Source: Euglena gracilis (lineage: Eukaryota). Taken from it: a stretch of DNA of 64,000 nucleotides. Within the stretch, counting starts at the first letter, position 1; each line of letters begins with the position of its first letter. The notes under the pieces were generated by a model. The model saw only the letters and a program-made list of their open reading frames with translations, did no database searches and was not told where the DNA came from. Positions 49,544 to 64,000 of this stretch are shown piece by piece. The stretch spans positions 1,550,001 through 1,614,000 of the forward strand of contig CP154954.1 of NCBI GenBank assembly GCA_039621445.1, given 5' to 3'. The translations under genes were made by a program, and so were the position numbers.

Positions 49544-49772
49544 ATTAGTAATAAAAATATTACTAATTTGTTATTTGTTATAAATATGTTATATTTATTC
49601 TAGGGCGGAAAATTAGTGGTAACATTAATTTGTTAAAAAATGCCTCTTGACATCAAAAGTTCGAATTAATTTTGAAAAGCATGAGGCATTTTTTTAACAA
49701 TTATTTTAAGTTTAATAAAACTTAAAATTTTTTTTTAATAAATTTTTTTTTTTCTGTCCGCCCGGAGAATAA
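49544..49772. repeat. Cluster of hairpins and nested inverted repeats (candidate origin or terminator)
   Basis: ATTAGTAATA-AAAA-TATTACTAAT; TTGTTAAAAAATGCCTC...GAGGCATTTTTTTAACAA; TTTTAAGTTT-AATA-AAACTTAAAA; outer TTATTCTAGGGCGGA...TCCGCCCGGAGAATAA. Confidence 0.85.
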
Positions 49773-50122
49773 AAAAATTTAGAAAATTATTGCTCTATTA
49801 TTTTTGGGAGAATAAAATGAACAATTTAAAAATAAAATTTTAAAAAAAAAAATAAAGTTTGTTTATAATTATATACTAGCGGACACGTTTTTGTTATTTT
49901 TTGTTATAAAGTTGTGATTAAATCATTATAAATATTATTACTAGTATAATTATTATCAAATTAATTTTTATTTGTTGGCTAACTTGTTATTAAATTGTTA
50001 TTAAATAGCTAATTTGTTGTATGAGCATTAAGCGTTAAATTAATTGGGTAGGTCAACAATAAACTATTGTTGAAAGAATATAGTTATAGTTAATTGGACA
50101 AATTTTTTATGGGAGAATAATT

Positions 50123-51834
50123 ATGGTTCAAAAATTAAGAAAAAAATACAAATTCAAAATTAACACCACAAGTTCGAGATATTATGGTAGTTATAATATA
50201 ACACGTAATTGGAGAATTTTAATAAGGACAAATTTTCAATCTTTAATAGAAATGGATTATTCTTTTATTAAAAAATGGCATGCAATAATAAACGACGATA
50301 AAATTTCTTTTATTATGTATACCATATGCAAATACGTGGATTTTCAGAAAGAAAACGATATTTTTAGTAAAGCTTACTTTGAACTTAAGAAAATTTGTCG
50401 GCCACAGTATTTAGAAGACTTTTTTATTTTTGATAAAAATACAATTATAAGTATCGAAAAAGCTAAAGGGGATAGTCCTGGCAATGTTGGTGGTTTTATT
50501 ATTAATTGCCGAGACCCCGAAGAGGAACTTTTTTGGAATAGAATACCGCGCTATGAATCTAAAAATAATAACTGTTTAAGTTTTAAATTTATTACTCAAT
50601 ATAATTTAATTGAAAAAACAAGGGGAAATTATTTTCTACCTAAAATTTTCCTTGAAGTTTTAAAAAAAGGTCCGGAAGAGATTGATAAAGAAAAAAGAAA
50701 AACTGTTTTAGCAAAAAAAATCGATAATGACGAAGAAATAGAAAAAATAGAAATAAAAAAAAAAAAACAATTTGAAATTAATATCTTTTTCGAGGATTCA
50801 GAATTTTTAGCAATAACCGAAAAATATACAAAAAAGTGTGAGGATTTAATAAATATTAACAATAAAGGGAAAAAAATAAGAGATTTATTTTGCAATTATA
50901 TTTTAGAATTATTAATTCTAGAAATAAATATTTTAAATTCTCAAAGTAAACCAAAATATTCGGATGTTTTTATTTGTACTTATAAAAAAAAAAGAACAAT
51001 AATGAAATAGAGTGGTATTTTAATTGGATGTCTATTGATAGAATCCTTAAACAATTTTTATATAAATCAATTAAACCGTGGCAAAATAAAAATATTGACG
51101 ATATTAATCAAGGAGAAATTTATAATATAATTACTAATAAATCACTTACAGATAATACAATAAATTCTGTTAAACGTTCTTTTCAAAATAGATTGAATGA
51201 AAATGTTAACTTAACGAACGTAAGAAAATCATACAAAAAAATAAAATTTGTTTCGTTTAGTTTAACTAAGTTTTATAGCAATGAAAATAACGTTTTTTTT
51301 GTAAATTAAAAATTGAGATTTTCGTATGTGATAGTTTTAATACTAGCCTTATAAGAGATTTTCTTAATTTAATTACAAGTGAAGATATTCTATGGATAAT
51401 GTATTCGGTAGAACCTGTAATATTAATACATACTGATTCCAAAGATAAAATTCTTCAAGAGACATATCTAAAATTAGAATGTAAAGCAGTAAAATCACAG
51501 CTATATTTAAATATATATGTGATATTTGATGAAAAAAGAGTATGGACTAAAAATTTAGTTGAAAGCTTTTTTTCTACTATTAAAAATGGTAAAATTTTAA
51601 ATATATCAAACGTACCAAAACTAGGAGGTCTTTGTTTTTGTTATGTTCTTAATAACCTTTTGCTAAAAGCAAATAAAAAAAAATCAATTAGCTGAAATTA
51701 AAATATATCAGCATACAAAATATGAAATTCCTTCCAAATATAAAATCAAATTTATCAACGAATCGCCATTATTTTTAAGAGAATATACTGGGTCTTTGAA
51801 CTTCTTATATATATTTTACTTAGTATGTTACTAG
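50123..51834 (+). pseudogene. Rep-c: one ~570-codon ORF broken by three homopolymer frameshifts; degenerate circo/nanovirus-Rep-like protein
   Basis: Track ORFs 50123-51010, 51028-51309 and 51399-51695 join across A10 (50984), T8 (51293) and A9 (51675); remnants RNWRILI, AYFELKK, IEKAKG, KPWQ, VIFDEKR, IKNGKI, YVLNN; upstream GGGAG. Confidence 0.55.
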
Positions 51835-51882
51835 ATAATATAACTAATAAATAATTAAGTTATTATATTATTCCATTAAAAT

Positions 51883-52070
51883 TTTTTAAAGTCCACCAAG
51901 AATAAAATTCTAGTGGACACGTTTGTTATTAAATTGTTATTATTAGTATAATTATTATAAAATTATTTATTAAAATATAAATAATTTAGTTAGCTAGTTG
52001 TTATTAAAATGTTATTAACTTTTTTAAAGTTCACCGAGAATAAAATCCTAGTGGACACGTTTTTGTTATT
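51883..52070 (+). repeat. ~138-bp unit plus partial tandem copy, related to 49876-50005
   Basis: CTAG(T/C)GGACACGTTT(TT)GTTATT at 49876, 51910 and 52048. Confidence 0.85.
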
Positions 52071-52332
52071 TTTATTGGTTTTAGTTTAAGGTCAGCAGGA
52101 ACAACTTTTATAACCTTTTATTATGGTATCGTACTTTAATAAATCTAAATTTAAGGAATTCTGCAACATATTCTAAAGATAAAGGGCATTTTGGAGATGT
52201 AAGAAATACTTTCCTAGCTGACAGTCGGTATTTAGCGTTTTTACCAACGTTTTTTTCAAATTTATTAAAGGAACTTTTCTTTGATTTTACTTTTTTCTAA
52301 CGTAATTTTTTGATTAGTTTTATTTGGAGTTA

Positions 52333-52380
52333 TAACCTATTATTAATCTATTAACCTATTATTAATCTATTAACTTATTA
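52333..52380 (+). repeat. 19-bp tandem repeat TAACCTATTATTAATCTAT, about 2.5 copies
   Basis: Directly visible. Confidence 0.75.
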
Positions 52381-53110
52381 TTATATTATTATTATTATTA
52401 GGGGGCAATTTACTTAGCAAATTCTCGGTCGTTACTGACAAAACGGGGTATGGTTTTGTAAACATTAACCACGCAATAACACAATCACAATATTGCACTA
52501 ATAACTTAAAAAAGTCACTCACATGATATTATTACTAAATAAATGTAATCTGCCTCAGGCAAACGGTTTTGAACTATGTGTATGAAAAGTAATGAGAATT
52601 CTTTACAATTAAAGGGATGTAACATGTAAATCGTTAAATACGACTGCATACAACTCCTATTTAAGATACTATGTACGGGAAATAAGCAAAAAATAATACA
52701 TTATTCAAGGAAAACTACTATGGTACGTAAAAAAGATATATTAAATGAAAGGTTAAAAATTACACAATAGAAACAGACGTGTCCCGTAAGGTGAGGCAAA
52801 AAGTTGCGTTCCGTTTAGCGGCTAAAAACATATTTTTGATGTATAATAAAGTTTCATCTTCATTTACTGTGGAGGATATTAGTTATTCTTTACTTGAGAA
52901 GCTGAAGCCATATGGTGTATTATCGTAGATACGTATATTGACTGTGAAACTAACGTAACTGACTTATCTAGAGTAAACGTGAGTATTATATTTTTAGACC
53001 TCAAATAGACAAAAATTAGTAGCAAAACTTATTAATAATAATAATGTAAATTATCTATAAATAACTGTAAAGTGATTTTTCGAATATAATTTTTATTTTA
53101 TTATTAAAAT

Positions 53111-58679
<5,569 letters not shown>

Positions 58680-58805
58680 TTAAAATAATTTCGTTTTATC
58701 TCAAATTTTTTTGAATATTTTTTAGTATTTTTTAAATACGTTAAATTTTATAATTTTTAGAATAATGTTTAAATTTTTAAGTTCAAAAAGATCTTTTATT
58801 TTTTT

Positions 58806-58970
58806 ATGGCGGTTCCAAAAAAGAAAATGTCCAAATCTCGTAGAAACTCAAGGAAAAGTAACTGGAAAAAAAAGGTGCTTAAAAAAGTTCTTTTTGCTCT
58901 TTCTTTAGGAAAATCTTTTGAAGCGAATACTAATGTTAATTTTTCTTTTGGAGACAAATTACCACTTTAG
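58806..58970 (+). CDS. rpl32: 50S ribosomal protein L32
   Basis: MAVPKKKMSKSRRNSRKSNWKKK...ALSLGKS, 54 aa. Confidence 0.93.
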   Translation: MAVPKKKMSKSRRNSRKSNWKKKVLKKVLFALSLGKSFEANTNVNFSFGDKLPL

Positions 58971-59239
58971 TGCTGTAAAATGTAAAATATTTTTAATGTC
59001 TCAAGTAAAATTAATACAAAGTTTAAAAAAAATAAAAAAATAATAAAAGAAAAAACGTAAACAGGAAAAATTTAAAAAAGGAAAAAAATATAGTTATAAA
59101 AAAATAATTTTTTAAATAAAAAAAAGGTAATATTTTTGGACAAATTTAAACTTTTAATTTTTTCAAAATTATATTAATAAATAAGATTTGTATTTTTACT
59201 GTATAGAGTTAATTATTAAAAAGGAAGTTTTATATGCTT

Positions 59240-59743
59240 TTAAGAAGGGGGAAAGGGGGGGGTAAATAATAAATTATAAAAAAGCAAAGGGGGGGGGGGG
59301 GGGAAAATTATAAAAAAATTAAAAAGGGATGGGGGGGGAATATAAGTAAGAATTTTTTTCTTAAAGGGGGAAGGGGGGGGTCAAAAAATTAGAAATAAAT
59401 TTGGAAAAAACTTTAAAATAAATATACAATTGAAAAATTAGGGGGGGGGGAAGAATGTAAGGGAGCTCATAGGGGGGGGGGGTAAAAAAAAAATAAAGAA
59501 AAAAAAAAGGGGGGGGGGCAAATTATGGGTGGGATGGGGGATGGGTGGGGGGGGGGGGAAGGGGGGGGGGTACGGAGGAAATTTAGGGGGGGATTTTTTA
59601 TTTAAAATTTCGGGGAAAGGGGGGGGGGGGGGGGGGGGGGGGGGGAAATGGGGGGGGGGGGGGGGGGGGAAAAAGGGGGGGGGGGGGAAATTTTAAAGAT
59701 TTTATACAAAAATTTTAGAATTTAAAAAAGGGGGGGGGGGTGG

Positions 59744-59774
<31 letters not shown>

Positions 59775-59816
59775 AAGGGGGGGGGGGGGGGTGGGATTAT
59801 AATGGGGGAAAATTAA

Positions 59817-59870
<54 letters not shown>

Positions 59871-59917
59871 GGGGGGGGGGGGGGGGGGGGTACGGGGGGG
59901 GGGGGGGGGGTTAAAAA

Positions 59918-59954
<37 letters not shown>

Positions 59955-59998
59955 GGGGAGGGGGGGGGGGGGGGTAGGGGGGGGGGGGGGGGGGGGGT

Positions 59999-60052
<54 letters not shown>

Positions 60053-60270
60053 GGGGGGAAATTGGGGGGGGGGGTGGGGGGGAGGGTAAAAAGGGGGGGG
60101 GGGGGGGGTAGGGGGGGGGGATATATATAAAACGGGGGGGGGGGGGGGGGGGGGGGGGTTTTAAAAAAAAGGGGGGGGGGGGGTTGGGGCACAAATGATG
60201 GGGGGGGGGAAAGGGGGGGGGGGGGGGGGGGGGGGGAGGGGTAAAGGGGGGGGGGGGGGGGGGGGGGGGT

Positions 60271-60301
<31 letters not shown>

Positions 60302-60370
60302 AAAGGGGGGGGGGGGGTTATAGGGGGGTGGGGGGGGGGGGGGGGGGTTGGGGGGGGGGGGAAATGGGGG
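59240..60370. repeat. Poly-G low-complexity tract, probable sequencing or consensus artefact
   Basis: Long G runs interspersed with AT remnants. Confidence 0.9.
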
Positions 60371-60486
60371 GTAGATAATAAAAAAATCTTTGGAATAAAA
60401 TTTAATTTAAAAAACTAAAAATTTATGGGAAAAAGAAAAAAAATGGTATAGTAATAAAAAACAAATTTTGATTTGTAATTATTTTT

Positions 60487-61443
<957 letters not shown>

Positions 61444-61554
61444 ATAAGGTTTTTCTTTGAGATAGGAAATTTCAAAGGACATATTTATATTTTATTAAAA
61501 AAATTTTTTAATATAGAATTTTGTTTATTGTTAAATTTATTTTTAGTTATTTTT

Positions 61555-63256
61555 ATGAAATTAAATTCTATTGAAGTAATAGGTAAGTTATGGATTTCTT
61601 AAAAAATTTTTTATATTTATTTTAGATTTATTATGAATCATATAATTTTTTTAATTTAATTTTTTTAAAAATTTTTTATTTAACTAGAAAATCTTCTATT
61701 GCCAAAATAATTCTCTTCCTTCCTAAAGATGGTGGTGGTGAAATTTTGATTAATGGAGAAAAAGCTTTTAACTATTTGCAGTTGCGAGTTCTAAAAGTCT
61801 TTATTTAACATTTCCAAGTTAAGGGAAAAAAAATAATCTCGTTTATTTAAATTTTATTATTGATTTTTATTTAATAATTTTTAAGCATTTAATAGATTTA
61901 TTATTTTTTAATTTAATCCTAAAGATGATAAATTTCGAGTTAATAATTGAATTTAAATTAAGTTTAAGATAACAGTTGAAATTTTTAATAAAGTTAAATC
62001 GATATTAATATAGTTGCACATATTAATATACTAATATACTTCTTGGATAGAAATTCTTTTTAATTTGAAATCAAAATATTCAAATTTACCTTAGACGTAA
62101 GAACTAAATTTTTTTATAATTTTTATATTTTATTCGAAAGACTTTCTTTAAATTATGATATACAAATATAAAAAAGTAAATGATAGATTATTAAACATTG
62201 TTATAAATTATCTTTATTGTTCATAAAATTTTAATTAAGGAAGTATTTATGAAAGTTATTCTATTTTATTTTAATAAACTTTTTATGAGCTGGATACATT
62301 TATTGATGTTTGTCCAGTTCTTTTGAGGGAAATAATTTATCAATTTTATTTTCTATCAACTAATAACCTTCGTTGAGAAAAAGAATTTTTAAAATGTTAT
62401 TTTTAATTTTTGTTTGTTTAATAAACTATTTTTTTATATATTTTTTCAAGTATTTACAATCTAAATAACGTTGAAAGTTGTATTTGTGTTTTATTTGTAT
62501 TTTTTAATTAGTTTAGTTTTTTCTATTGCAAAACATTTTTTTTGTTTTAAAAATTAGAAAGTTATATTTTTATTCTATTGTAGTCCGTTCGAACTTCTTA
62601 ACATTAATAATTATAAAGTTCATGCTTATGTAAAAGGAGGAGGCCTTTCTGGTCAAGCAGATGCCATTTTATGATTTTTAAGCGTTATGACCGAGTAATA
62701 CCAAAAATTTAAAAAAATTAAAGATTATATTTTTGTTTTATATTGTAGAAATTTTATTTTATGTAAAAAAACTTGCTATATCAAAATCATTAAGCGTTTT
62801 TATAGAAAAGGAAGACAAAAAAAACTGAAAGTGAACGGTTTTTTAACACGAAATTCTTTGTGTAAAGAAAGAAGAAGTTTGTATATTTAAGTCCTATTAT
62901 TTTTTTGTATTAACTTTGTAACACTATTTACTATAAAGTTAATTCAAATATGTAATTTTTCATTAATTATTATTCATTTTATAAAAAATAGTTGTTTATA
63001 TTATATAATTTCTTTTTAATTTTAAAAACAATTTTATTTTAATAATAGGGAAAGTATAGTTTTGTATAATCGTTACAATCTCTAACAATAGATTATTAAT
63101 TAAAAAAAAGAAAATAGTATCATCTATTTCAAAAGCTTAATCTTACATTTTTTAATGAAATAAAAAAGATGTTTAGTTTTGTAACAGAACTTTTTTCTAG
63201 TTTATTAATACGGTTTGAAAAAAGCGCGCAAAGCGCCACAATTCTCAAAAAGATAG
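61555..63256 (+). CDS. rps9: 30S ribosomal protein S9, multiple group II and III introns (inner exon borders approximate)
   Basis: MKLNSIEVIGK|RKSSIAK...VKGGGLSGQADAI...GFLTR...KERR|YGLKKARKAPQFSKR*. Confidence 0.9.
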
Positions 63257-63353
63257 AATCTTCTTATTTTTAAGAATAACTTCTTAATAGGTATATGTAA
63301 AAATTTTTGTAGAAAAATTTTATTTTTTTTATTATTGAAGAATTATTTTTATT

Positions 63354-63853
63354 ATGTCAACAGAAACAGATGAAATTTTAGAAAGACTTAAAAAAATTAC
63401 TTTACTAGAAGCTTACGAGCTAGTTAAACAAATTTTGGGGTTTTGTAAAAAAATTTTATTTTTTTTAGCTTTTATTATTATATTTTACATAAAATAATAT
63501 TATTTTGTTGTTATGATTTAGAATATTATTACTTTTTTGAAAATACCTTCGGTGTTGATGCTACTATTGCTTTGTCAGCTAGTAATACGAATCCATCAAT
63601 TTTACCTTCAAAAGCGGATGAAACTGTAGTGGAGGAAAAAACTGAATTTGATGTTATCATCCAAGAAGTTCCAAGTGCAAAAAGAATTAATGTTATTAAA
63701 ACTGTCCGTAGTTTAACAACATTAGGTCTTAAAGAAGCTAAAGATCTTATTGAATCTGTTCCAAAGGTTGTATGTGAGGCTGTATCAAAAGAAGTAGCAG
63801 AAGAAACTAAAAAACTTCTAGAAGAAGCAGGAGCTTCAATAATTATTAAATAA
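63354..63853 (+). CDS. rpl12: 50S ribosomal protein L12 (group III intron 63435-63538)
   Basis: [35 protein letters not shown]...EEKTEFDV...[10 protein letters not shown]...LEEAGA. Confidence 0.95.
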
Positions 63854-64000
63854 GTTTATACATAACCTTTAAATAATATTTTTATTTATTCTATAATTAT
63901 TAGTTGTTTTCTTTATTGATTTTTTTAATTATTTTTAAAAATTGTATAAAAGAAGTACAATTCTTTTTTATAAAAGTGATTTAGTATATATTTTAGTTTT

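Larger units (their letters stand above)
47579..52070 (+). mobile_element. Putative integrated rolling-circle plasmid or CRESS-like element relic between atpE and rbcL
   Basis: Three Rep-related ORFs, hairpins and direct repeats; intron-free and A-rich, unlike flanking host genes; boundaries approximate. Confidence 0.62.

Noticed and set aside
47579-51834. Spacer ORFs as group II intron maturases or reverse transcriptases
   Set aside because: Not inside an intron and no RT or domain X motifs seen; HUH Rep motifs fit better
59715-60194. Poly-Pro and poly-Gly ORFs
   Set aside because: Translations of the poly-G artefact; not treated as G-quadruplex biology either

Overview
Mostly Euglena (E. 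gracilis-type) chloroplast DNA: very AT-rich, with genes split by many short group II (5' GTGYG-like) and ~100-nt group III introns. A clean collinear copy runs from ~28.4 kb to the end: rpoC2, trnV-N-R, trnL, rps11, rps4, trnY-H-M-W-E-G, psbB, psbT, psbH, psbN, petB, atpB, atpE, an unassigned ORF region, rbcL, rpl32, psaC, rps9, rpl12. The first 28 kb holds further direct and inverted copies of the rpoC2-petB block, a 3.9-kb GC-rich nuclear-type segment and degraded AT-only sequence; with a 1.1-kb poly-G tract, these look like assembly chimeras. Main finding: the intron-free atpE-rbcL interval (~47.5-52.1 kb) resembles an integrated rolling-circle (CRESS/plasmid-like) replicon relic. It encodes a geminivirus-type Rep with intact FLTY, HVH and YLTK motifs hidden by one TAG, a translationally coupled and apparently inactive paralogue, and a third frameshifted ORF with circo/nanovirus-Rep-like remnants, plus nested hairpins and flanking direct repeats. 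Second finding: the GC-rich insert holds four GT-AG exons of a nuclear gene resembling a bacterial protein family. All homology calls were made by eye; no searches were run.
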